Assembly: GCA_963747235.1 (NCBI GenBank)
Contig: CAVVEU010000024.1
Location: 160,001-224,000 of the forward strand
Direction of reading: 5' to 3'
Source: an uncultured Candidatus Rokubacteria bacterium
GTDB taxonomy: Bacteria > Methylomirabilota > Methylomirabilia > Rokubacteriales > CSP1-6
DNA: 64,000 bases
In this document: one piece after another, positions 21,355-31,291 of the stretch
Layout: each line of letters opens with the position of its first letter
How positions within the stretch are numbered: position 1 is the first letter of the stretch
Program-made: the position numbers and the translations under genes
Notes under the pieces: generated by a model
Database searches by the model: none
Told to the model about the DNA's origin: nothing
What the model saw: the letters and a program-made list of their open reading frames with translations, nothing else

Positions 21355-23433
21355 ATGGCGCAGACTGACAACAAGACCTCGCTGTCCTCGGAAGAGAAGC
21401 GGTCCCTGGCCGAGTCGGCCCGGCTCTGCGAGATGATCGTGGAGGCCAACCCCTCGGACACCGGCGCGCTCGAGACCCTGAAGGAGATCTACACCAAGCT
21501 AGGTGATCGGGAGAACCTGGCCCGGGTCGTCGCGCGCCTCGCCGGTACGGTGGGGGGGCGGCCGTCCGCGAGCGTGGCCCCGGCCCCGGAGCCCATGACC
21601 GCGGGGACGACGGGTCGCGCGCCGTCGACCGAGGAGATGGAGGCGCTCGCCGCGTCCATCGAGGTCGCGCCGGCCCCGTTGCCCGGCAAGCGGGGCGGCG
21701 CCTCGCCGATCGAGCGGCGCCAGGGCAGCCTGTCGCGCCTCGGGGACCGGCTGGTGGCCGAGAAGCTCATCAGCCCGGACCAGCTCCAGCGCGCGCTCGC
21801 CGAGCAGAAGGGGAGCGCCGACAAGCTCGGGACGATCCTGGTGCGGCTGCAGTTCATCACCGAAGACAGCCTCGTCTCGTTCCTGTCGAAGCAGTACGCG
21901 ATGCCCGCGATCACGGTGGCGCAGGTGGATCCGGATCCGGACGTGCTCAAGCTCGTGCCCGAGCAGATCGCCAAGAAGCACAGCGTGCTCCCGATCAAGC
22001 GGATCGGGAACGTCCTCACCCTGGCGATGGCGGATCCCACCAACGTCTTCGCGCTCGACGACGTCGGCTTCATGACCGGCCTGCAGATCCAGCCGGTGGT
22101 CGCCTCCGAGGCGGCCATCCGGAAGGCCTTCGAGCGGCTCTACGAGACCGGCGCCAGCGTCAACGACATGATGAGCGAGCTGGAGGAGGCCGACACCGAC
22201 GTCGAGGTCGTGGAGGACGGCGAGGCCGCCTTCTCCAAGGCCGACGTTTTCGACCTCAAGGAGTCGGCCGACGAGGCTCCGGTCGTCCGGCTCATCAACA
22301 TGATCCTGACCGACGCCATCCGGCGGGGCGCCTCCGACATCCATCTGGAGCCCTACGAGAAGGTCTTCCGGGTCCGGTTCCGTATCGACGGCGTGCTGCA
22401 CGAGATCATGACGCCGCCCAAGCGCCTCGAGGCCGCCCTGACCTCGCGCGTGAAGATCATGGCCACGATGGACATCGCGGAGCGCCGACTTCCCCAGGAC
22501 GGCCGCATCAAGCTCCGCTACCACCAGCGCGAGATCGACTTCCGCGTCTCGACGCTGCCGACGATCTTCGGCGAGAAGACCGTCATGCGTATCCTGGACA
22601 AGGAAGCGCTCCAGCTCGACCTGGGCGCCCTCGGCTTCGACCCGTGGAGCCTCGAGCAGTTCAGCAAGGCGATCCACAGCCCGTACGGCATGATCCTGAT
22701 CACCGGGCCGACCGGCTCCGGCAAGACCACCACGCTGTACTCGGCCATCCACACCATCAACTCGCCGGACATCAACATCATGACCGCCGAGGATCCGGTC
22801 GAGTACAACCTGAAGGGCGTCAACCAGGTGCAGGTCAACGACGAGATCGGGCGCACCTTCGCGGCCTGTCTGCGAAGCTTCCTGCGGCAGGACCCGGACG
22901 TGATCCTGGTCGGCGAGACCCGAGACCTCGAGACGGCCCAGATCGGCATCCGCGCCGCCCTGACCGGCCACCTCGTGCTCTCCACGCTGCACACCAACGA
23001 CTGCCCGTCGACGCCCGCCCGGCTCCTCGACATGGGCATCCCGCCCTTCCTCGTCTCGTCCTCGCTCCAGCTCATCCTGGCCCAGCGGCTCGGACGCCGG
23101 ATCTGCAAGGACTGCAAGGAGCCCTACGAGGCGAACGAGGAGAGCCTGGTTCCCTACGGGCACGTGTCCCAGGGGCTCGGCGCCGTGAACTTCTACAAGG
23201 GCAAGGGCTGCCAGACGTGCAACTTCACCGGCATGAAGGGACGGGTCGCCATCTACGAGGTGATGCCCATCACCACCGAGCTCCGCGATCTCATGCTGCG
23301 CAACGCGACCACCGCGGAGATCCGCGATACCGCCTGCTCGCAGGGCATGAAGACGCTGCGGCAGAACGCGCTGCAGAAGGTGGTGGACGGCGTGACGACG
23401 GTGGAGGAAGTGCTGCGGGTGACGATGGGCTAG
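21355..23433 (+). CDS. pilB: Type IV pilus assembly ATPase PilB/GspE family with N-terminal TPR-like and MshEN segments
   Basis: Walker A GPTGSGKTT, EDPVEY, LRQDPDVILVGE, STLHTN, CKDC...CQTC; RLGDRLVAEKLISPDQLQRALAEQ. Confidence 0.9.
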   Translation: MAQTDNKTSLSSEEKRSLAESARLCEMIVEANPSDTGALETLKEIYTKLGDRENLARVVARLAGTVGGRPSASVAPAPEPMTAGTTGRAPSTEEMEALAASIEVAPAPLPGKRGGASPIERRQGSLSRLGDRLVAEKLISPDQLQRALAEQKGSADKLGTILVRLQFITEDSLVSFLSKQYAMPAITVAQVDPDPDVLKLVPEQIAKKHSVLPIKRIGNVLTLAMADPTNVFALDDVGFMTGLQIQPVVASEAAIRKAFERLYETGASVNDMMSELEEADTDVEVVEDGEAAFSKADVFDLKESADEAPVVRLINMILTDAIRRGASDIHLEPYEKVFRVRFRIDGVLHEIMTPPKRLEAALTSRVKIMATMDIAERRLPQDGRIKLRYHQREIDFRVSTLPTIFGEKTVMRILDKEALQLDLGALGFDPWSLEQFSKAIHSPYGMILITGPTGSGKTTTLYSAIHTINSPDINIMTAEDPVEYNLKGVNQVQVNDEIGRTFAACLRSFLRQDPDVILVGETRDLETAQIGIRAALTGHLVLSTLHTNDCPSTPARLLDMGIPPFLVSSSLQLILAQRLGRRICKDCKEPYEANEESLVPYGHVSQGLGAVNFYKGKGCQTCNFTGMKGRVAIYEVMPITTELRDLMLRNATTAEIRDTACSQGMKTLRQNALQKVVDGVTTVEEVLRVTMG

Positions 23434-23458
23434 GGAACCGCCCCCGCTCGAGGCGGGG

Positions 23459-23893
23459 TCAGACGGGAGAAACCCGCCAGGTGCCGCGCAGCCGATCCAC
23501 GGCGCGGCCGAGCGCGGTGCGAACCCCCTCGTTGTTCACGTTGCGATCCGCGACGAGCGTCACGTAGCCGACCGGGCTGCCCCCCACGAAGACGGTCCCG
23601 TCGTCCGCCGAGAAGAGCGCGGTGCGGAAGGCGCCCCGTTCCAGCCGGCTCGCTCCCAGCTCCAGCTCACGCCCGAGGGTGGCCGCGAGCGCGGCGAGCG
23701 CCTCCACCGGGAAGCGGGGCGGCAGCTCCGAGGTGATGACGAGGCCGTCCGGCGTCACGATGAGCCCCCCGCGCACGCCATCGAGACGGGTCAGCTCGGA
23801 GAGGGTCTCGCGGAAGGCCTGCGCCCGCGACGGGCGCGGCGCGGGCGGGCCGCCCGGAGGCGTCGAATCGGCGGTGGTCTGCGGGTCGGCCAT
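23459..23893 (-). CDS. Stand-alone roadblock/LC7 protein
   Basis: LDGVRGGLIVTPDGLVITSEL...EALAALAA...NVNNEGVRTAL. Confidence 0.88.
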   Translation of the reverse strand: MADPQTTADSTPPGGPPAPRPSRAQAFRETLSELTRLDGVRGGLIVTPDGLVITSELPPRFPVEALAALAATLGRELELGASRLERGAFRTALFSADDGTVFVGGSPVGYVTLVADRNVNNEGVRTALGRAVDRLRGTWRVSPV

Positions 23894-23897
23894 CGGC

Positions 23898-24680
23898 TCA
23901 GGCCTTGATGTTCAGATCCGTCCACAGACGGCCGACCTGCACCAGCCCCGCTCCCACCTCGACCTCGCGCGCGAGCGCGACGCCCAGGATCACGCCGCCG
24001 TCGCTGCGAAGGAAGGTCGTCTCCGCGGCGCCCTCGATCACGCCCCGTCGCATCGCGCCGAGCCCGGCGCGGGCGAGCGTGGCGGAGGCGATGCGGTAGA
24101 CCTGCGTCATGTGCAGCCTGAGGTGCTTCTGGCGCTCCTCGCTCCCCTGGGCGAACACGAGCGTGCCGTCGGCCCGCGTCAGCACGAGGTCGTGAGCGCC
24201 CGGAGGCAGCCGCAGCCGCTCGGTGGAGATCGTCCCGATGGCGGTCGAGGCTCCCGGCGCGGGGGCGGTCCAGGTGGCCACCATCTCCTGCAGCGCCTTC
24301 GCTTCCGGGAAGTCCGGGAAGTACTGGATCGCCCGGTCGAGGAATGGCCGGCACCCCTCGATGTCGCCCTCTTCCAGCGCGATGCGCGCCAGGCCGAACA
24401 GGGCGCGCGGGTGGTAGGGATCGAGCCCGAGCACGCGCCGGAACGATGCCTTGGCCGCGGGCATCTCGCGAAACACGACGTGCAGGTAGGCGTCCAGCAG
24501 GTGCCCGACCGCGATGTTGGGCGAGACGCGCAACCCCTCGGTGATCAGCTCGGCGGCGTCCTCGTAGCGCCCTTCGTGGCGGTACTGGTCGGCCAGGCGG
24601 AAGAGAGAGGAGGCCGAGCGTGGCTTGACGAGCCCGGTGATGCCGCTCCAGGTGCGCTCGAGGAACGTCGCTAGGCCCAC
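23898..24680 (-). CDS. TPR repeats + C-terminal roadblock-like domain
   Basis: LADQYRHEGRYEDA...SPN, VLGLDPYHPRALFGLA (TPR); DLVLTRADGTLV...LGAMRRGVIEG...VEVGAGL. Confidence 0.75.
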   Translation of the reverse strand: MGLATFLERTWSGITGLVKPRSASSLFRLADQYRHEGRYEDAAELITEGLRVSPNIAVGHLLDAYLHVVFREMPAAKASFRRVLGLDPYHPRALFGLARIALEEGDIEGCRPFLDRAIQYFPDFPEAKALQEMVATWTAPAPGASTAIGTISTERLRLPPGAHDLVLTRADGTLVFAQGSEERQKHLRLHMTQVYRIASATLARAGLGAMRRGVIEGAAETTFLRSDGGVILGVALAREVEVGAGLVQVGRLWTDLNIKA

Positions 24681-24895
24681 TCGCCGACCCCCCTCGTCAA
24701 GGGCTGCCCAGCCAGGAGATCAATCACTTCCGTTCATCATAGCATGCGGGCCCGGAGGGGGGCCCAAACTCGGGCGCCGGGCCGGACTCGAGCACGTACC
24801 CGCGATGGGCTGAGGGCCAGCGCCAGGGACGGCCCCTCGGGCGGCCGCGGAATAGGGCCCGGACGCGAATTGCGGTCGTGAGAACCTGATCGGGT

Positions 24896-26794
24896 ATGGC
24901 CGACGCCTCCGGATCGCCCGGCCCACCGCCGGCCGTGTCGAGCCGGCTCGCGGTGACCGCGCTCGTGGCCCTCGTCGCCGCGGCCGCCTATGCCGCGACG
25001 CTCGGATACGATCTTGTCTGGGACGACACGCTCCTCATCCAGCAAAGCTGGCGCCTGCATCACTGGCACGCGCTGCCGTCGCTGCTCACCTCGCACTTCT
25101 GGTCCGAGGTCGGGGAAGCGAGCCACTACTATCGGCCGCTCGTCACCTTGACCTTCTTCCTGGACGTGCAGAGCTGGGGACTCCACCCGCTCGGCTTTCA
25201 CCTCACGAACGTCCTCGCGCACGTGGCCGTGACGCTAGCGGTGCTTGCCGTCGCGCGCCGGGCCCTGGACGCCGAGCCGGCCGCCGCGATCTGCGCGCTG
25301 GTGTTCGCGCTGCACCCGCTGCACACGGAGTCCGTCAGCTTCGTCTCGGGCCGGACCGACGTCCTCGCGACCCTCTTCTTCCTGCTCGCCCTGCTCGCGT
25401 ACGACCGGGGCCGCGCGCGCGGGGGGTGGGGACCGATCGCCTGGGCGCTCGTCGCCTACCTGCTCGCGCTGCTCGCCAAGGAAGTGGCGATCACGTTGCC
25501 CGTCGTGCTGATCCTCTGGGACCGGCTCGTGCGGGGAGATCTCCGGGACCGTGGGGCCGCATGGCGAGCCGCGCCCCGCTATGCCGCGTTCGGCGCGGCG
25601 ACCGCGCTCTATCTCGGTCTGCGGCTGTTCGCGCTGGGCGGCCTCGAGTCCAGCGGGGACGCGTGGGGTCCCGTCCTCACCCGGGCCCTGACGACGCTCA
25701 GGATCGTGGCGTCCTACACCTGGATCACGATCGTGCCGTATCCCACCAGCCCCTACTACGCGATCGTCCCGGAGACGATGCCGCCCGGCCTGGCGTGGTG
25801 GCTGGCGGTGGGCGGCCTGGCCGCAGCGCTCGGCGCGACCGGGTGGGCGGTTCGCCGCGCGCCCGCCGCCGGATTCGGCGCGCTCTGGTTCTGGATCACG
25901 CTCGCGCCGTCCATCGCGGTGAACCTGCTGCCCCTGCCGAGCGCGATCATGGCGGAGCGTTTCCTCTACCTCCCTACGGTGGGCTTCTCCCTCGTTCTGG
26001 GCGGGGGCGCGGCCCGTCTGCTTGGCCCGGTGGTGTGGGGGCGCACGACTCAGATCCGGCCCGTGCCCTCGCTCGGCCTCGCGGCGGTCCTGCTCGTCTA
26101 CGGGGTTCTCACGCTCTGGCGCAACGAGGACTGGCGTGACGAGTATCGGCTCTACTCGCGGATGGTCGAGACCTCGCCGGACGCCGCGATGCCCCATCTC
26201 AACCTGGCGTTCACTCAGCTCGCGCGGGGCGAGGTCGAGCCGGCCAACCAGCACCTGCGCGAGGCCGTGCGCCTCGCGCCCGGGAGCCCGAGGGCCAACG
26301 CCGGGCTCGGACTCACCGAGACCATCCTCGGCGACCGCGAGGCGGGCCTCCGACACGGGCTCGAGGCGCGCGCGCTCGCGCCGGGCAACGCGGACGTGCT
26401 GGCGTCGCTGGGCGCGCTGTACCTCCAGCGCGGCGAGCCGGCGCTGGGGTTGCCCGAGCTCACCGAATCGCTCCGCATCAAGCCCAACCAGGTCCACGCG
26501 GCGCTGAACCGCGCCCTCGCGCTCGCGTGGCTCGGTCAGTCGGAGCCGGCGGAGGCGCAGCTCGAGCGCGCGCTCGCGCTCGTTCGGCTGATGAGCCCGG
26601 ATCTGCCGCTCGCGGACCGAATCACCGCGGAGGTCACGGCGGGTCGAGACCCCGCGCGCGCGCGGGCGGCCTGGGAGCGCTACGTCGCGCGGTTGCAGGC
26701 GGCGGGCCGGCTCGATCCCGCTCTCGCCGCCGAGCTCGATCGCGCCGCGCAGCGGCTCGGCAAGATCTCCGTGCCCGACCCCGCTCGTCGCTGA
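24896..26794 (+). CDS. TMTC-like GT-C membrane glycosyltransferase with C-terminal TPRs
   Basis: VWDD, YYRPLVT, FHLTNVLAH, LHPLHTESVSFVSGRTD, AERFLYLP, TPR tail. Confidence 0.85.
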   Translation: MADASGSPGPPPAVSSRLAVTALVALVAAAAYAATLGYDLVWDDTLLIQQSWRLHHWHALPSLLTSHFWSEVGEASHYYRPLVTLTFFLDVQSWGLHPLGFHLTNVLAHVAVTLAVLAVARRALDAEPAAAICALVFALHPLHTESVSFVSGRTDVLATLFFLLALLAYDRGRARGGWGPIAWALVAYLLALLAKEVAITLPVVLILWDRLVRGDLRDRGAAWRAAPRYAAFGAATALYLGLRLFALGGLESSGDAWGPVLTRALTTLRIVASYTWITIVPYPTSPYYAIVPETMPPGLAWWLAVGGLAAALGATGWAVRRAPAAGFGALWFWITLAPSIAVNLLPLPSAIMAERFLYLPTVGFSLVLGGGAARLLGPVVWGRTTQIRPVPSLGLAAVLLVYGVLTLWRNEDWRDEYRLYSRMVETSPDAAMPHLNLAFTQLARGEVEPANQHLREAVRLAPGSPRANAGLGLTETILGDREAGLRHGLEARALAPGNADVLASLGALYLQRGEPALGLPELTESLRIKPNQVHAALNRALALAWLGQSEPAEAQLERALALVRLMSPDLPLADRITAEVTAGRDPARARAAWERYVARLQAAGRLDPALAAELDRAAQRLGKISVPDPARR

Positions 26795-26796
26795 CC

Positions 26797-28417
26797 TCAG
26801 CCGGCCGCGATCCCTCGCTCCGAAGGCAGGACGTATCCTTGCTGCAGATCGCGCGCGCGCAGGGCCGGGTCGCGCTCCGCGGGATCGCCGTAGCCGCCGC
26901 CGCCCGGCAGCAGGAGCTCCACCAGGTCGCCGGGGCGTAGCGTCTGCTCGGCCTTGGGATTGGCGGGCGCGCGCCCGTTGATCAGCACCTGCCCGGGCAG
27001 GCCGGGTCGGCCGCCGAAGAACCCCTGCGCCGGGATCCGCGTGCGATCGCACAGGACGGAGCAGGTGGCCGGCTCGTCGGAGCGCACCCGGAACGCGATC
27101 ACCTGGCCGAGCCCGCCGCGCTGGCGGCCGTCGCCGCCCGAGCCGCCGCGAAGGGCCTTGCGCTCGATCAGCAGCGGCGCGAGCGATTCGATGACCTCGA
27201 CCGGGGTCCCGAGCACGCCCGACGGGAACGCGGTGGCGGACAGCCCGTCCTGCTGGGGACGCGCCCCGGTGCCGCCCGAGCTGAAGAAGGTGTAGACCCA
27301 CGGGCGTGCGGTCGGCGTTCTTGCCGGTGAGCTGGAGCCCCCAGATGTTCGCGGAGCCCTCGGCCATCACCCGGTCCGGCAGGGCTTCCTTCAGGGCGCC
27401 CGCCACCGCGTGGGGCAGGAAGTGGCCGACGATGTGCCGGGCCGCCACCGGGGCGGGGGGCCGCACGTTCAGGATGGAGCCCTCGGGCGCGGTGATGCGG
27501 AGCACCCGGAAGGCACCCTCGTTGTTGGGGACGTCGGGGCTCACGATGACCTTCACCCCGTAGGTCGTGTAGGCCTCGGTGTAGTTCATCACCACGTTGA
27601 TGCCGCGCCGGCTGGCGGGGGAGGAGCCGGTGAAGTCGACGAGAAGATCGTCCCCCTTGATCTCACAGCGCACCGCGATCGTGATCGGCTCGTCGAAGCC
27701 GTCCGAGGTGATGGAGTACCGGTACTCGCCGGGCCGCAGCGCGGCGATCGCCTGGCGCATGGCCCGCTCGGTGCGGGAGATGATCTCGTCGGCCAGCGGC
27801 TCCAGCCGCTCGAGGCCGAATTCCTCCATGAACTCGAGCAGGCGCTCGCCCCCGACGGTGCCGCCCGCCACCTGCGCGTGGAAGTCGCCCATCACGAGGT
27901 CGGGGACGCGGGTGTTGGCCCGGATGATCGCGGCGAGCGACTCGTTGAGCCGGCCGCCTTCGTAGAGCTTCATGATCGGGATGAAGAGACCTTCCTCGTA
28001 GACCTCACGCGCCTCGGCGGAGAGCACGTGGCCGCCGATGTCGGCGCTGTGGCAGGTGGAGGCGAAGAAGGCGATGCAGTCCGACCCGCGGAAGACCGGA
28101 TTGCAGACCGTGACGTCGTTGAGATGCCCCGAAGTCTTCCAGGGATCGTTGGTGATGAGCACGTCGCCGGGCCGGAGCGTCTCGAGCGGGTACGCGGCGA
28201 GGAAGTGCTTCATGGCCAGGGCCATCGAGTTGATGTGCCCGGGCGTGCCGGTGACGGCCTGGGCGATCATGTAGCCGCGCCGGTCGAAGACGCCCGCGGA
28301 GAGATCGCCCGCCTCGCGCACGATCGAGGTGAACGAGGTGCGCATGAGCGCGGCAGCCTGCTCGTTGACCACCCCGATCAGCCGGTTCCAGCAGATGTCG
28401 AGCGTGATCGGATCCAT
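26797..28417 (-). CDS. Hydantoinase B/5-oxoprolinase subunit; frameshift near 27300
   Basis: RTSFTSIVREAGDLSAG, TNDPWKTSGHLND, HSADIGG, PGGGGYGDP. Confidence 0.9.
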
Positions 28418-30329
28418 CACCGCGCCTCCGTGGCCGCCGGCTCGGCGATCAGCGTCCGGTGCTCGTCCACCGTGATCGCCGCGCCCGGGCCGATGACGGT
28501 GGTGGACTCGCGCTCCTCGACGATGGCCGGCCCGGCGAGGCGCACGCCCGGGCCGAGCGCGTAGCGGTCGTACACCGGCGTCTCGACGTACGCACGTGCC
28601 TCGGGGAAGTAGGCCTCGCGGTGTTTCTTCGGAGCCGGCGCGGCGGCCACGCCGAGCGCCATTCCGCCGGAGATCGTGAGATCCGGCCGTGGGCCGGAGA
28701 CGACGGCACGCCAGTTGAGCGCCTCCAGCGGCACGCCCTGGGGGGTACGGCTGTAGAGCAGGCGATAGGCGGCCTCGAACGAGGCGGTGATCGCGTCCAG
28801 GCTGCCCGGGCCGAGCGGGCCGGCCGGGATCTCCACGTCCACCTCGTGGCCCTGGCCCAGGTAGCGCATCTCGGCGGTGCGGCGCACGGTGACGTCCCGG
28901 TCGGCCACCCCGGCGCGGCGCACGATGCGCGCGGCCCTCCGTCTCCATCTCGTCGAAGAGGCGGTTGATCTGTGCCCAGTCCGCCGCGGCCATGCGCTGC
29001 GGCGCGGTGCGCACGAAGTCGAACGCGAGCGGCGCGGCCAGCAGCCCGTAGGCCGAGAGCGCGCCCGCCCCGAACGGCACGAGCACGCGCGGCACGCGGA
29101 GGATGCGCCCGACCTGCCAGGCGTGCACCGGCCCCGCGCCGCCGAAGGCGAAGAGAGGGTAGCCGCGCAGGTCCTTGCCGCGCTCGATGCCGTGCACGCG
29201 CGCGGCGCCCGCCATGTTCTCGTTGACCACCCGATGGATCCCCCAGGCCGCGTCGGTGAGCTCGAGTCCCATCGGGCGCGCGACGCGCTCCTCGATGGCG
29301 CGGCGGGCCGCGTCGACGTCGAGGCGCATGCGGCCACCCAGGAAGAAGTCGGCATCGAGATAGCCCAGGAGCAGGTCGGCATCGGTGACGGTGGGCTCGC
29401 GGCCGCCCAGGCCGTAGCACGCCGGGCCCGGATCCGCTCCCGCGCTGTCGGGGCCCACCTTGAGCAGCCCCATGCGGTCCACCCGGGCCACGGAGCCGCC
29501 GCCCGCCCCGATCTCGATCAGCTCCACCACCGGCACGCGGATCGGCAGGCCGGAGCCCTTCTTGAACCGATCCGCGCGCGCGACCTCGAACTCGCGCGCG
29601 AGCAGCGGCTCGCCGCGGTCGATGACGCAGGCCTTGGCGGTGGTGCCGCCCATGTCGAAGGACAGCACGCGGTCCATGCCGACCTGGCGGGCCATGCGCG
29701 CCGCCGCGAGGGCGCCCGCCGCGGGGCCCGATTCCACGAGCCGGATCGGCACGCGCTTGGCGGTCTCGGGGGTCGCGATGCCGCCGGCCGACATCATGAC
29801 GTAGAGCCGTCCCGGGATGCCGAGTCCCTGGAGCTTGCGCTCGAGATCGTCCAGGTAGCGCGACATCAGCGGCATCACGTACACGTTGGCGGTGGTCGTG
29901 GAGGTGCGCTCGTACTCGCGGATCTCGGGCACCACGTCGGAGGAGCAGGAGACCGGCACGCCGGGGGCGAGCTCCGCGCAGAGCCGGGCGAGCGCCCGCT
30001 CGTGCGCCGGGTTCCGGTAGGCGTGCAGCAGGCAGATCGCGATCGCCTCCACGCCCAGGGCGCCGAGCTCGGCCACCGCGGCGCGCGCCTGAGTCTCGTC
30101 GAGCGGGCGGAGAATGGATCCGTCGGCCTGCACGCGCTCGGACACCTCCACGCGGAGCTGGCGCGGCACGAGCGGCACCGGCGGGTCGATGAAGAGGTCG
30201 TACATGTCGTAGCGGCCTTCCCGCCCGATCTCGACCGCGTCCCGATCCGAGAGGGCGCACGAGCGCACCGGCGGGATGAAGGTCCAGATGTCGTGAGCAG
30301 CCCCACCCGCCGCGGCCCTTGCGCTCGAG
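28417..30329 (-). pseudogene. Hydantoinase A/5-oxoprolinase subunit lacking its N-terminus (garbled junction, likely assembly artefact); frameshift near 28935
   Basis: REYERTSTT, ESGPAAGA, FDMGGTTAK, EIGAGGGS, SAGADPGP, AFGGAGP; begins abruptly at LERKG/VGLLTT. Confidence 0.8.
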
Positions 30330-31223
30330 CGGATTCACCCGCGAAGGTAGCTCGTAGATGGGGCCGAGGTTGAGCGGCGCCACCGTCTTCCAGACGTGGA
30401 ACCACACGTTGTACGCGACCATGCCGACCCGGGCGGCCGGGTCCACCGGGTTCAGGTACCCAGCGCTCCGCTGGACCAGGTACGCCGCCGCGCCGGCGGC
30501 GACCGCGAGCAGCGCGAACGGGATCTTCTCGCGCCAGGCCGGCCGGGCCTCGGCGCTCCACCAGTCCCGCACCCGAGGGCCGAGGCGGCCCAGCGGGTAG
30601 ATGTCGAGGATGACCAGGACCAGCGGCAGGCCCATCACGATGGACTTGGAGGCCAGCGCCAGTGGGGCCGCGCCCAGCGAGATCCAGCGCCAGCCCCGGG
30701 CCACGGTGGGCGCGCGCTCATGGGCTTTCAGGTACGCGAGGATCGTGAGGAGGAAGAACAGGCCCGACGTGAGGTCGCGCCGCTCGGTGATCCACGCGAC
30801 GGACTCCACGCGCAGCGGGTGCACCGCGAAGAAGAGCGCGGCCACGGTCGCCCCGAGGCTGGCGATGTCGGGAGAGGCCGCGGGCATCGCGAGCCCCAGC
30901 AGGCGCCGCGAGACGAGATAGAAGAGCGCGGCGCTCGCCGCGTGCAGCCCCAGATTCGTGAGGTGGTACCCGAACGGGTTCATGCCCCACAGCGCGAAGT
31001 CGGCGCCGAGCGTCAGCCAGGTCACCGGGATCCAGTGGCCCATGACGTTCGCGGTCAGCATCCAGCGGAGCTGCGGCCCGCCGAGCCCGCGGTAGTACGG
31101 ATTCTCCAGGAAATTGATGGGGTCGTCCCAGTCCAGGAAGCCGGCGCGGAGGACGGGGGCGAAGACCACGGCGGTCACGAGGGCGAGAGCGAACGGCGCT
31201 GCCCGCCAGGCGGGACGCAACAT
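30324..31223 (-). pseudogene. TMTC-like GT-C protein, 3'-truncated at the junction with hydantoinase A
   Basis: DWDDPINF, YHLTNLGLH, VHPLRVESVAWITERRD; homology stops after PIYELPSRVNPLE. Confidence 0.8.
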
Positions 31224-31291
31224 CAGGATCAGTCTAACCGACCCGAAAAAGCATCGACCCCAAAAATCGACCGGGCGACAATGGGGTCGCG

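Noticed and set aside
23442-23458. Small hairpin CCCCGC-TCGAG-GCGGGG between pilB and the roadblock gene
   Set aside because: Only a 6-bp stem with no U-tract; too weak to call a terminator.
25235-30268. 1677-aa giant ORF
   Set aside because: It is a patchwork of hydantoinase A and B frames joined by frameshifts, followed by antisense read-through of a TMTC gene.
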